A DNA stretch of 43,496 nucleotides, from positions 1-43,496 of the forward strand of contig RBNJ01000075.1 in assembly GCA_003990765.1 (NCBI GenBank). The letters are read 5' to 3'. Positions within the stretch are counted from its first letter, which is position 1, and every line of letters starts with the position of its first letter. This DNA is from Jimgerdemannia flammicorona. Its lineage: Eukaryota. Below the pieces are notes generated by a model. The model was not told the DNA's origin. It saw nothing but the letters and a program-made list of their open reading frames with translations, and made no database searches. Both the position numbers and the translations under genes were made by a program. Of the stretch, positions 10,016 to 23,929 are shown one piece after another.

Positions 10016-13000
10016 TTTATTTTGTTTTTTTATAGTTACTTGAACTCTTTTCTTTATTAATACATCTGTCTATCCTCCAAAAATACATTGGGCCCACCCC
10101 TATCTGATCCTCCTAAGGGGTCTTCACCCCTCTCTCACCTTCTCTTAATGAAAGACTACTATATCATTTACTATCACTATCTGCCTACCACTCTGTTTAC
10201 AGATTCCTTCCACCAGATGGTGATGTCACCCACCCTAGAGACCCCAACCAACCCACTACTCTGTCAGCAAATCTCCCATCAACTCCTCCCATCTTAGTAA
10301 CTTCTCCTATATATCCATCTATCACCTCTCCTCAAAAACAAAGAGCCAATAACCAGCCAGCCCTATCTATATAGCTAAAACCCACTTTACAGTAAGCTAT
10401 CTATTGTCCACACCATCACTAACCTAGATTTAAAATCCTCCCAGTGATCTCTCTCCCCATCTGGCCTCCTCTTCACACCCAGCCAGTCCCCTACTACTAT
10501 CCAAAAGTCCCCCAGAATCTCACACTCTCCCAGCCAATATTCTGGTATCTATACAAATCCCCCAACTTACCCTATATTGTAATACTCCTCACAATCTAAT
10601 CATCTACCATCTACCAGATGTCTAGCATAGAAATTCAATATAATATTCCTCCACAGTATCTACTACCATACTACCCAGAACTTGAGAGAAAGCCACCTCC
10701 ACATCTCAGTACTCTATGACCAGACTCCTACCCAGTCCCACTTCTCATCAATCCTTACTACCTGCCAACTACTTGGCCAAATATCCTGACCAAGTTCCCA
10801 CTGATACTCCACTCCATCACCAATATCAAACTCAGTAAGTAGAACACCCCTCAGAAGCAGTCTGTCCCATCTCTACATAGCTGGTCCCTACAGCATCTCT
10901 CCCTTATTGCTCTACCAGTACAGGCCTATATAGTGAACTCTATTCACCACCTCCACCAGAAGCCCTTATACCATAGCCATCAGCTTCTATTCAGGTTTAC
11001 CAGAGATAGCAAGTCTCCTGATAACCCTCATGAGAAGAATCTCATCTCCCACACCTTCTGCATCAGTGGCATCCAACCCTCTCCCTACAGTTCAATAGCT
11101 CTTTTTAACTACCAAGCTCACAGGCAGTACAGCCTCTTAGGAAAATCCACTAGGCCTAGCCCTCCTCTAACCACTAGTGTTGCAAGAGTATTTCAACTGA
11201 TCTGAGGCCACCTTCCTGCCCAAATCCAATCTCTAGCTAGTTTCATCAGTCTCTTTACTATCTAAGCTAGAAAGTCCAAGTGATAAGCAATATACCATAG
11301 CTTGGGGAATCAGTAGACATTCAGAATCAACACTTGTCCTACTAGAGAGATATGGTGATCTCCCCAACCTCTAAGAGCCTCCCTCCAAATGGCCACCCTC
11401 CTCTCCTACTACACCTGTGGCAAGACAGATCCATATACAGAAAGGAAGATGCCTAAATACCACACCACCTCTCCTGTAGAGACAATTGTTCCAATGATGT
11501 CCCCTCCTACTAGCTCATTTCCCAGCACCATTGTCTCACACTTATATCAGTTGAGTCTTGCCCCAGAGTGCACCTCATACTATTCCACCATCTTCTTAAG
11601 TATCTCAACATCTACTACTGAGCCAAGTCTAACTACTATATCATTGGCAAAGGCCCCCACCTTCCATACTACACTATATATAGAGAGCCCTGCTACCTTC
11701 TGTTGAATTCTATCCATCAAAGGTTCTAATGAAAGGGTATAAAGAATAGAAGATAGTGGATCTCCCTGAGGAACCTCTCTTCCCAAGGGAAATATCAGAC
11801 CTCAGTAACCATTACACATCAGTGCTGCCCTACTGCCCTCCAATAGATTCAATATAGAAGCTCAAAATTGTGGGGGAACACCAATTATATCTAGCACCTT
11901 GCCCAGCCACATCTGCTGAATGTAGTCATAGGCCTTCTCCTGGTTCAGAAAAACCAGTCTTCCATCCAATCTACAAACCTGTGCCCCTTCAATAATGCCA
12001 TGAACTCTGGCTGTTCTATCTTTGATAAGCCTGTCTCTAATAAAGCCCTGCTGCTCCTCACCCAGCACCTGTTGGGCAATCTTCTGTAGTCTAGCAACAA
12101 TTACCTTAGTTACCATCTTCCTGTCCATATCCAGAAGCATTATTGGTCTCCAGTTCTTCCAGTTCTCTCTCCTCCCCTTTTCTTTATACAACAAGGCCAC
12201 CAGTCTCAAGTTCTGCTCTCCAACCCACTCACCATTCAGAAGAACATAGTCATAGAGAGATGGCATCTCTCCTAACACTCCAGGGATCTTTGCCATCTTC
12301 TTCCAAAAGTCCCAAGGTAACTCATCCTCTCCTAGTGCTATCCCAAGCTTAGTTGCCATGAGGACTCCCTGGATCTCCTCTTCTTGAACAGGTAGGATCA
12401 AGTCTCCAAGGCCCTCTACCTGTGGCAGTTCCCAATCCTCCAGTATGTCTCCAATCACTTCTTCATCTACACCCCCTTCCTCCTCACTCTACAGATCTCT
12501 CCACCTCTCCTTCAGTACTCCTAAGATCTGTTGCATGCTATGTATCATTTCCCCCTCTGCATCAAGGATCCCATCTCATCAATATCACACCCTCCTAATC
12601 TGGAGGAGTCTTGACAAATATCTAGTAGGCCTCTCCCCCTCCTCCAGCTCCTGCCACCTCAGTATGACTGCTATTCCTTTCATACATGTCTCTTCCTCCT
12701 CTCTCAGTATCTGTTGTAGCTCCATCACTTCCAATTTCACTCACTCTAATCTCCAATCATCTACCTCTTCAGAAGATATCAAATCTGCTCATTCCATCTG
12801 TAATCTAATCAACCAATTTGAAGCACACCTTATTCTTTTCCTTCTCTGCCTCCCAGCATCTCTACTAGCCCCTCTCTAGTAAACCCTCACAGCCTCTTTC
12901 AACTTCATCCAATGGACACCCACAGATGAACTCTCATGTATCCAGCTAGCACTTGGATGTCCTTTACCCATGGGTCCCACAATACCTTCTTAGCCAGCAG

Positions 13001-15906
13001 AGAGAAGTTAAGGTGCCAATGTCCAGGTCTATCTCCACTCCTCTCAAACTGCACCTACCCTAATAGCCCCCAGTGATCAGACCACAGACACCACTCTACC
13101 TCCAGAGTCTTCCAAACATCTATGCCCCAGCATTTGGCTGTCAGAATCTAGTCAATTCTTATACCCAGTCTATTCACCTGGTATATGTATACCCTCTTCT
13201 CTCCCTATTGTGTTCTGCCCATATCTCCTAAGGAGCTAAGGTTCTCCACCTCCTCTCATGTGTCCAGACCACCACTCCTCCCATCTACACTCCTCCCTCC
13301 ATCAGTTCTATCTAACCAAAGATCCCATATCATATTAAAGTCACCTCTCAGAACATCAACTCCTTCCTCCAAGAGAATGTCCTCCTTCAAAAGATCTCTA
13401 ATCCACACAATCTGCTCACCCCTAGCTACAGGGCAGTAGTAAGAGCCAACTCTCACTGACTCCCACTCAGGTCAATGCCATTCTCCCCAGACCAAACAGT
13501 TACCCCAGCTCCTGATTCTACTTAAATCTCCTCTACTCCTCCTCACCAGAATCACCACTTTGTCAATCCAAGCAATAGCTCCTCCCCATTCTCTAGTCTA
13601 TTCCATCTGATCCTCCTCATCCTCACACTATATATTCTGCAGTAGAAAGAGATCAGCCTTCAATCTCTTAAGCCAAGTAAAAATGTTCTTATACCACCCA
13701 GATCTCCTTAACCTATTTACATTCAGAGAGAAAATATTAGTTATACTATTCATAAGAAATAATATTAATTATTAATCTCATTCTCTATAAATCTACATTC
13801 AACTCCTCCTATACCAAGTCCAAGTTATGTTCAGCAGCCAGTCTCTCTTCTTCAGCTATCTTTGCCTCCAGCCCAACCAGAAGCTCAGCCATCTCTTCAT
13901 TCTCTTTTTCCTTGAAGTCCTTATGATACTCTGGGCATGCCTTCTGCCAGAGTTGTAAACCATGATGCTCTGCCCAACAGTAGGCAGCCCTTTCACTAGC
14001 AATGATTGCCAGCTCAGCCTCCCTCACCTTATCAACCTTAAATCTCTTCTCCTCTAAGAAAATTGCAAGTATCTCTGCCTTCAGTGCCTCCACCACTCTA
14101 TCTCTATACAGAATCTGTACCCAATGCTTCTCACTTATCACTCTCAGGTCCACTTCCCCCAACTCCTCCACTACAAAGTTATTCATCATCCAGCTCATCT
14201 ACAGCAGGTTTCCCACCTCCTTCCCTCTTGGCATCCCTGGTCTTCCTGTATCCAGTATTGTGGTATCTGCCTCTATACTTACTATCTCATTCTACCCCTC
14301 CTCTGGGATATCCACCAGCTCATCCTCACCAACTGCCACCACCTGTCCTCCTTTTGCCATATCAGGAACTCCAAAGTGAACTTGCTGAGTGCCCTGCATC
14401 AGCTCATCCTCTACCATCTGATCCCTTGCAGCAGAACTTCACCTGACTAGAGAAAGAGTGTCTTTTAAGACCAGTTCTCAGACTTCAAATGTTCCATCAG
14501 CAAATGAGTCCTTGTATGGTGCCTTCCTGGCCCCATCCAAGCCCTCTTCTATATCTCCTTCTCTCTTACTAGCCCAGACACTTGCCTCTGCACCCCCAGA
14601 CATCTCAGTACCCCCAGCAATCTTCTTCACCCCTTCTTTTATGCTTACCAATAGCTCTCTCTACTTCCTGTACCCTTGAGCTCTCTCCTACTGCCTCTTG
14701 TCAGTGCAAATATATTTCTCATCTATAATCTCCAAATGTGTTAACTCTATATACAACTTTCAGACCTTCACCCTCTGTTCTACTGCTCCACTCATCTCTT
14801 CCAGAACCTCCAACAAGTTCTTCTCCTTCTCTTCACTCCCTTTTACCCTTGACACCTTATAGACAAAAGCCCCATATATCATTACTAAAGGCTAGTCACT
14901 CATCTTCTCCATGGTCTCTCTTCCAGCCAGTCAAATTCTGACATCTATATCTTCTATCCTAAAAGTGGTCCCCTCTCACATCTGGAAACTGATATGTATC
15001 AACCATATTACCATACTCCACCATCATCTCCTCCACCCTCCTCCTAGTCTCTTCCTTCATCACCATAAGTACCCCCTTCACCAGTAACTAAACCACTCTG
15101 GGGTCTCACCTCAAACACCATACTATAGAGACCACCACCTCTCCTACTGTCACTCCAGTCCTCAAAGCCTCCTCCAGTAGACCTGTCTCCTCAAAACCCA
15201 CCTCCACTCTCTCCAATCTCTTTAGAAACTTTACTAAGGCTGCTTCAGCTACTTGCTCTGAGATAAGCCTCAGAATCATTCTCACTGTCACTACCAAGCC
15301 CTGAAAATACAAGATCATAGTGAACTCCAAGATCAACTTCTTGAATAATGGTGCCACCATCAGCCCCATCACACTATTAGGTCCTCCTTCTGCTTTGGGC
15401 CCCTCTGCCTAACCCCCCTATCAATAGGTACATCCAGATTTTTTTTTCAGATTCCCAGTTACACTACCATCAGCAGTCCTGCCTCTACTCCCAGCAGCTA
15501 ATCCATTAGTCCTTCCTCCCACCAGCTGCAGTCCAGTACTTCCAACTTCTCCTTCTTTCTGCTTTCTTTTCTCTCTAGCCTACCTGCTATGAGTTTCCAC
15601 TGGCCAACCTCCAGCCTTCAGCATATCTGCAAAGCTCCTCTCTTTCTGCCCTCTAACCCCTCCACCAGTACCACTTCCACTGCCCAAGCTGTCCTGCCCA
15701 CTTGGGCCACTGAAAGACCCTATCCCAAGTCCATACCCTTATCTAACATATTGCCAGTTAAAGACCCCAGATCTACCCAATCTAGTATATATATCTTATT
15801 ACTCATTGGTTGCCATGACCTTAGTATCTTTCTTCAATAAATGGGTCAAAAGTATATTTCAAAGTTTGTGTTACATGAGTGATAGTGGAGAAAGATCTAA
15901 ATATAT
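10016..15906 (-). mobile_element. Full-length L1-clade LINE (ORF1 ~15816-13786; ORF2 APE-RT-Cys-rich C-terminus from ATG 13753), inactivated
   Basis: APE: NIFSLNVNRL. RT: NWRPIMLLDMDRK..QQGFIRDR..NQEKAYD, PQGDPLS, FAND. Poly(A) at ~10016-10031. TSD AAGAAACTA(T/C)AATTTCTC at 9998-10015 and 15907-15924. Confidence 0.93.
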
Positions 15907-16795
15907 AAGAAACTACAATTTCTCAATCTTAGTACAACTAAGCATAAGAATAATTAAAAGGTTTTTTGATATATATATATGTGTCAAGTCTTTAAGTAAT
16001 ATCTTATTATCTAAGTTATCTAAGGATAAGCTTGGAGTAGTAATAAGTGTTATTACAAAAAGACAAAAATAAAATCTTCAAGTTCAATACCTGAGTGATA
16101 TCAAATGTTCACTTTGTTTGGTTTTATTACAGTATGCCCTATATATTAATTATTCTGTAATTTAACTTATATAATAGTTAAGAAGAAAAAAGATTAAATT
16201 AGCATGTAGAATAATATGAAGTTATAGATATTTTCTCAAGTTGCTCAGTAAGACAAAAGAGTTGAGAAAGAGATAATTATCATATCTGAAACATTCATAT
16301 CAAAAACTTGCAATATATACAGATAGATCAATTAGTGTCTACTTAAGCGATCAAAAGTTTTATTACTGAGATAATAAATGGGTAGTAGATAGAGATATCA
16401 ATGATATCCGAGAAATCCTCTTGAGAGGTCTTCTCTTCCTCACAGGGTTTTGCTTGATAGGGCTGCGCACAAATGTATATACCGAGTGAAAATCACTCCT
16501 CTGACTAGCGTTGACTAGGCATAGTTAGTAATGATTGCTCGATGCAGCACATTGACATAAGGTCAAACTTGGTCGCAAATGTCAACGCGAATCGCATTTC
16601 TGTAAAATGTCATGGCCGGCATATCCTGCCGGCTGACGTATTTGTGATGGTGGGCGATCATGTAACCTTCCGGAATATCGATTTTATTAATTCACAGGAT
16701 AGCAGACAGCAGTCATGAAAAAGAAAAAGAGACGTTCGAATCATTTTGGAAGTCAGGCTCCATCTTACTAAAAAAATGTTGTAAACGTTTCTCCG

Positions 16796-19700
16796 TCACA
16801 CATTTTGATCCACCTCGCTTAGAACCGGAGGTGAAGATGTAATAGGCTGTGCTTCATTTTCGGTCGCGTTCCTTGGTACGGATGTCGGTACTGCCTCCGA
16901 TATAGCCTGGACTTCGATCAATTCGGCACCCTCGGCTGGAGGCGGCGGTGGAGGGAACAGCTCCGCTTTTAGGTTAGGCAGGAACAGGCCGATACGCTGC
17001 CATGTTACGTCCCACAACCCATTGTATTCTGGGTCACTGGCTTGATACGGTGATGACTTGGTGAATGCACCCGATGTATACATCACGAGAATCATGTTTT
17101 TCAATGACTCTGGAACGGCCTCCTTCTGTGCAAGAGTAGAAACGATTAAATTGATTATGGCACGCAAAAAACAGGGTTTACAGAGAATGGTCTAAGAATG
17201 GCATACCAGATGGTCATTTTCCGATGCGTTCATATACTTGTCCAGTAAGTCCAAGATATGCAACCAAAGGTCAATAAGCCCGTTCCATTCGAGAAGCCGG
17301 CTGAAGTAGTGAAGGAAGATCTTGCAAAGCAACGCAGACGCACGCATGCGGGCCTCATCGATGCCGTGAGGGTCGAGCTGGAAAACTTCCGGGCGAAGCA
17401 ACTCGTTTAATAGAGGGAAGAGGACCAGCTCGAATATGGATACCCAATCATTGGAGCCATTCCCGCTTTCTAGTTCAGGCAGCAAGAGCGCGCGCTGAAG
17501 GTGAGTTAGAGCGTGCTGGCGCACTTCGCGGGTAGGGTTAAAACATTGCTGGCTCAACCCAGTAAGGATGGGCAGCCAGTACTTGGACCAAGCTAAAGGA
17601 CAGTGTGTGACTCGTAAGAGATATGAGGGAGGTAAGTAAAGCACTAGCATCCCGAAAACACAACGACATACCTTTATCCATGGAGATTGTCGATTCTTTT
17701 ATCAGTCTGGGTACTTGTGTATGCAATTTGTATAAAAATTCAATAGCCTTGCGTGCCCGGTCAATGGATGCACCTTGACTATAGCCGCATCAACGTCTGA
17801 GTGTTAGACCGATAAAGCTTTCTGTCCACTCCAGAGAACGAGCGGTCTGATTCGCTATCTTTTACTTACAGTTTGGTCAATCTGGCTCTATTTCCTCGCT
17901 GTGCCTGACTCGTTTCTTTCTCTGAATCGGCGCCGATCCCAGCCACATTTGCAAACTTGCCCAGCAATTCCACAACGCCGGAAAAGTTATCCTCGTGAAT
18001 ACTGGTATTGCTCGACTCGGAAAGGAGACAAGTGGTGGCCTCGAACGCATATTTGGATGCCTCGGGGTGCGTGGCTGAAGCAGATAATAACGTGAAGATG
18101 GTCTCCCAGTGTGTTCGGCTCCTGGTGAATTGGTTTGGGATTAATCGACAATTTTGTATTCGGTCGATAGAAATGTATTGCGAGTACTCACGTGATGCAT
18201 GACTGCTCCGCTTTGATCAAGTTGAGAACTCCTGCCATCATCTGCTCCGAAACAGAATTCATCGCTTGGGGAGGCAAGGCCAACAACAACTCCAAGCACT
18301 GAAACACTTCCGAGACCATTTCCTCCTACGTTTCGATGAGACCCGAAGCCAAGTCAACCAAAACCCATAAAATGAATGTGGGTAAATCACTCAATGGTGA
18401 TATTGATCAGCAGAAAAGACTCCACACAAAACACATGGTCCTCTTTACCTTGTGAGCCAACCGTATGCACAACCGTAACAATCCAACAACGGCCCTCTCG
18501 ATTAGTAGCACGCTCTGATTGTTAGCTTGTTTGAGAACATGTTCCACATATTCGAACACAATTGGGCTGGTTGTATTACCATACAATGAATTTTGTAAGT
18601 ATCCTAGCAATTTACTTCATACATGCAAGAGGCAGGTTGGCATAACGAATTCGATGGCATACCATAAAATTTGTATCCGATCTCGGTTCTGGATGGTAAT
18701 GCTAATCATCAATTCCAAGAAAAAGACCGCCGCTGGGTCATAAGGGATCGGTCCTGTGGTCTTTGGAGATATGGAGGATTGTGTTTCAGAGCTTTCCGCG
18801 GCAGGGGGAGCTGGATTACCTATATGTCTGATTGCCTTCATCAAGTGCAGCAACGGCTCTTCCTCAAGGAACCTGATGAGATTGGACAAGAGATCGATAA
18901 GGTGTCCAACGTAGGGTCAAGATCAACCGGAAAACATTCACCGGTAGATTTTTATGAACACCAACCTAATATCACCGAATAGTTCTTCAAGCCTGCATGC
19001 TACCACGCAATCCACAGCGCACATGGTGCTCTCAACCTCTTCCTCTGTCGGGTCTGCTCGGTACGTGTCGTCGTTGGAATAAGGCGATAAGAGATATGAT
19101 GACAGAGCGGAAAGAAGGGATCCGTCCCGGCGGTTTTGCGGTTTAGGCTGAGGAGCGGTCTTTGGTTTCAAAGGGATGCTTGTTGTCCCAGCCAAGAAAT
19201 CTTCCACTTGCAACATAGAGCTCGGCAGTAGAGAATTGATGAAGAGGTTCTTGATCATCGTCAATATCTACAAGCGAAAAGAAACTCAATTCCTTAACTC
19301 TTTTGAAGGTGTAAATGCTCAAAGAAACCGGAGAAAACAGATTGTCGATACGGAAACTCTTACATTTTTCCAACCTTCACGCAAAACGTTTCCGTGCTCG
19401 CTCGCCACCGCAAATACAACGACCGCAGCAAGCTGACCCTTATAGTTTCGTCCAAACTGTACCGCCAATTCACTGACCATAAACTTCTGACCAGCCACAT
19501 CCACAATCGGATCCAGCGCTGTTTCGTTTGAACCCCGTACGTCTAACAGGCCCGTCATGCGTGAAAGCGTGATTACAATGCTGTCGAAGACATCGTAGAG
19601 GCTGTAATGGGCTGATAACAAGGCGCATTGGTGGAAGCCGGTGATGGCCTTCTGCAGGGTCGCGTCGTCCTGGGCAGTATTGAAGGCTAGTTTGTGGGGA

Positions 19701-22700
19701 TGCATGTGTTGATAAATCGACAACTGGATCATATCAACAGTATCTCTATTGACACACGGCCATGCGTCACTTACCATAGGAAATCGCGGCGATGGTTGGT
19801 TTCCAAGCCAATAAGAAAATATCTCGATCATAGATGGTGGTATTACACACCACAAATTGACCAGCCATATCAGCGCGGCTAAGCAGTTCTTTCCACGCGT
19901 AATTGAACCCGAGTTGACCCTCGTGCTCTTCGGGCATCACAATCTCCCGCTTACGAATGGCGTCGTAAATCGCTTGCTATTGAAATAATGGAGAGATGAG
20001 ACACTAGTGTTTCTTTTTCAACACAAAGCATGTGTCAGACATTTGTACCCACCAAATAATCCGCATTGAAGTTTTGCCCTTCGTTCACACCTCTTAAATT
20101 CTTCATGTAATCCTGCGGAGACATCCGCCTCTGTATATTTATAAGAAGACAATATCGCGGTGTTAATCCAATCTCACGCCTATTATATGTCCAAAGATGA
20201 CGCAGAAGTAATGGACAATAAGAACTGGCACAGACTCACCCGAACCTGAGGATTGTGAAGATCTGTGTTCAGCATGATAACAGAATACGACAGCATGAAA
20301 GTGGCGTCTTGGGACGCAATGTCGGCGGGCTGAGTTGCGAAATAGGTTTCCGCGAAAGTCTCTACGACTCGGCCGATCTGCTGCGCCTCACCGGGCAGAC
20401 GAAATGTCTCCAGTAGATCACGCAGGGCCTCGTCAATACGTTTCTGATTTTTTTAGAGAAAAATTCGTGTTTGGCATGGTTGGGTCATGAAATATAATTT
20501 TTTTTTTTCATGAGCATAAGTTATTTTTCCGTAAAAATCATAAGACTGGTGAAGCCTCCTTGGACAAACTTACGCCAGAGAAATCAAACAACCGAATGAA
20601 CGCCTTCAATATGTCAATGTTCTGCGGCTTCGACAAGTAATCGCCCATCAACTTCTTATTCAAGCGAGGCGTTGACATGAGGAATCTAGCAAGGCTCGTA
20701 TTAGGATCTTCCTCCGGGTCATTGTAGATGATGCCGTTTTCTTGATTCGGAGTGCATTGGAAATAATAGTATTAGATATATCTAAGCGAAGCTTGTTACT
20801 AGGTATAATTTTTCATACGATTACCCAACCTTTCAAGAATTTAATCCCGTCTTTGGAATTCTCATTGAACCTGACTGCACCCTCTAACAAGATCCGTTTG
20901 TGGGCTTTAAGCTCTAGCAGTTTGGTCGGCGAGGTGAACAACTAAATGATTGTAGGATGTTATGGAGTATAAAATATACGGTTGCATACCTTCCGTCAAC
21001 GGAGGATATGTAAGACTGCATGAAGATAAGCAAGTACCTGTTCATCATTCAGCAATGGTTGGCCCCCTTCGACAAGGTTCTTCAATTTCTACCACCCCCC
21101 CCCCCAAAAAAAAAAAACGGACGCGTTGTCAAATCATGCGTATGCCAATGCCGCAAGATGAGAAGCACGACGCCTACCTCGTCACCAATACGATCTACCA
21201 TGTGATTGACGAACATCAACAGCGAATCTAAGCAGAGCATGTGCGAATTACTGGCCGAGTAGCTATTCGGCTCCGGAAAGGAGTTCTGTGAAGTTATGTT
21301 AACAGTCAGATCGAGAAAATCATCTTTGAGCAATTTGTTACTCACGATATGAAAATCACATGGCCATCGATACACCTACTCACCTTGCTCAAGAACTTAA
21401 CCGTCTCTTCGAATAAATCCCCGCAATCCAAATTACAATCATAATTGACCCACAGATCCACCATAAACGTTGGATTCCTCGCGCTCTGCCCTAAACACTC
21501 GAGTAACAACTCGCGCACCTCCCCTGATGCAGCGGGAGCATCAGCACGACCGACAGAGGCGCGACTTTCAGATCGCGGACCGCCAGGTTGCGGCGAGACG
21601 GGACGCTCGCGCTCGTGAATATGATCAGGTGTCGGGATGACAAGGGTGATTGAGCCATCGAGATCAATATCGAAAGGGAGGGATTTCGGAAAGTTGGGGG
21701 GGGTGAGGCGTTCGATGAGGAAAAAGAGGAAGAGCTCTTGTTGGAGCATTAAATAGGGACGCATGGTATCGAAAACGGTGGAAGTGACGCGGAGTGTGAG
21801 CGTTAACAGGGGAATAATGTCTGTTCTCGCGAGCTTGTAGCATTATAATGAAAGGAGATGATGAAACGTCCGAGGGGAAGGTTAGGAAGTATAATTAAAT
21901 TAAACCAACCATGTCACACTCCAATCACGCGTCCCATTCGCCAGATACCCCTACAATCTAACGCACCTGGAACAAATACTTGCAGAAATCGTCCACAACT
22001 AATGATCTTAAAGACTCGAACTGTGCAATGCTCTTGCCGCCGACATCAAGGGCTACGTTCAAGATGCTCAAAGCCATTAGGCGCATCGAATCGGTGTGCT
22101 GATGGTCATGCGGATTTAGAAGCGAGATAAGGACGCGAAGCAGTTCGCGTATCGCCGGAAGCCCGTATGGTTTGGGCGTTTCTGAAGTTTAAATTTGAAA
22201 TCCATTGAGTGTAGGAAAGTTCTTATCACACACGAAGAAGTATGTAAAATTTTAAAGAATTGAATTACCGGAACTTTTCTCATCATACAATCTTACCGCC
22301 GTCTCACCCTTCTCCCCATCCTTCATCTCCAAGACCACACTCTTACTCAATCCGTCACCACTTTTCTCCACAGCACCAAACTCGGTCGGCCTTGGATCAG
22401 AAGCCGACCCTTCCCAAGAATCTTCGGGGCTGACTTCCGTCGAGGGGGCAGTCTGCGCGGGCCCTGATGACGAGGTGGGCGCGTTCATGCGCAGTTCAAT
22501 ATCCACGGGATCAGTAGTGGCGGCGGGGATGGCCAAGGGTTGTTCATCCTCGAGGATTTTTAGCCTGGATATGCGGAGATGAAAAAGGGAAGGTTAATGG
22601 AGAAATGGCGTCGAGACGAAAAGGATGGCATGTGTCGTAGATGTCTGTGTTACCTCTCAAACATGACCTGAACCATGTTAATCATAACGTGTTCCGCGGA

Positions 22701-23829
22701 CCGTCTTAATAGTTCTGCATGTCATGACAAATGTTTTCAGCATACGCAGGTAGCTCACCACCTGTAAAAACACGCTCATCCTACTAAAGCATGGCCCCCC
22801 CCGCGCAAAGCTTGATAAAACACGCCATACCCACCGCTTAACCTCATCTGACAGCACATGCTCAACCCTGTCTCCATCATCTCGCACACGGCCTCATCAC
22901 TGAGTACCTGCCCACAGTCGCTCGTCAATGCCATCTCAAGCACCTGAAGAATCTTGAGGAGTACAACCTCATCGGAGACGGAGTCGGAGGCCTCAAACTT
23001 GCAATGCGTTGCTGCCGACGAGAGCGTCGCCATAGCAACGGCCAGATTTGGCGAACGGAGATTTACGATACCGTACTGTAAGAATTTCTCGACGCTCGTT
23101 AGGGCCGCACCGGTGATAGGTCCAGTGGTATCACCGGAGCGAATGACTTCCAGGAAAGGCAACAGTAGGACGGAGGCGTCTAGTTCGGATAGATCTGGAT
23201 GGGTTTCGCGACGGTGCATGATGGATGGGTGAGCCTTGGAGAATTGGAGGGGAGTTGGGTGTTTAATCGAAAAGGAATAGAGGGCTGAGACGGAGAAGTG
23301 TACGATAAGTGCCTACCATTCACGGTGGACAAATACGATCTCAGATTCGTAAAACCTTGCATCAGAGGACTTTCCTATGCGCCAGGTCAAAAAGGCAGCG
23401 AAAATAGGTAGAAGCTGTCAGTGAATGCCAGTCACGTGACCGGGAGAGGTTCCAGCCGAATCAAAAGCGCACCTGATTCCTGTAATGTCCGTCTTTACCA
23501 CCAACGCGGCCTTGCCTAAGCCCCATGTTCATACCAAGCGAGCTCATGCCCAAGCCGCTCACGCTCATGCCAGACCACCTCGAGTTCCTGCGCATGGCGC
23601 TCGTCACGTTGACAATTTCGGCGTGTACAAGATGGGACCAGGTTAACTCGCATTTTGGGATGACGGGAGAAGGGAGGACAGGGACGGTTGGTGATGGGTC
23701 ATTAGAGTCGAGCCTTGTGGCTGGTAGACGCCCATGAGAAGCGGGGGAGCGGTGACGGGGACGCTGTCCGGCTGACATTGTTGGGAGGGGTTTTTCAGTC
23801 AAGGCTACCACTGGGGTAGGGGCTGACAT
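16796..23829 (-). CDS. GEA2: Large Sec7-domain ARF guanine-nucleotide exchange factor of the GBF1/Gea1-Gea2 family, multi-exon
   Basis: DCB: PFLEVIRSGDTTGPITGAALTSVEKFL..CKFEASDSVSDEVVLLKIL. HUS box: LWVNYDCNLDCGDLFE. Sec7: FRLPGEAQQIGRVVETF and SYSVIMLNTDLHNPQVR (~20240-20440). HDS: FGRNYKGQLAAV, REVRQHALTHLQRALL, EAVPESLKNMILVM. Many GT-AG introns; exon 1 is 23829-23473. Confidence 0.95.
23431..23440. promoter_or_regulatory. Palindromic E-box GTCACGTGAC (bHLH, Cbf1/CLEAR-type) in intron 1 of the GEF gene
   Basis: Exact 10-bp palindrome; function inferred only. Confidence 0.35.
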
Positions 23830-23929
23830 CTTAAATAGGCATTTTGGGGGACGTCATATGCCACGACACACACCCGAGTCACGACACGACACGACACACG
23901 AGCCACGCGACACGACTTTTGTTTGCACT
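23830..23929. promoter_or_regulatory. Compact bidirectional promoter region with CACGA/ACGAC repeats
   Basis: 100 bp between the divergent ATGs, containing GACGTCA and tandem CACGA repeats. Confidence 0.55.

Larger units (their letters stand above)
9320..16057 (-). repeat. Unclassified ~550-bp hairpin-rich repeat (pieces 9320-9374, 9705-10015, 15907-16057), interrupted by the MITE and the LINE
   Basis: The rejoined pieces are the reverse complement of 25989-26530. Confidence 0.8.

Noticed and set aside
10088-15840. Many Ser/Pro/Leu-rich plus-strand ORFs (and minus-strand equivalents at 30246-42275)
   Set aside because: Antisense shadows of the purine-rich LINE coding strand, with no motifs and boundaries that differ between copies.
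23858-23929. Upstream in-frame ATG for BCS1
   Set aside because: Adds a low-complexity repeat-encoded peptide only 28 bp from the divergent ATG; 23930 fits typical Bcs1 length better.
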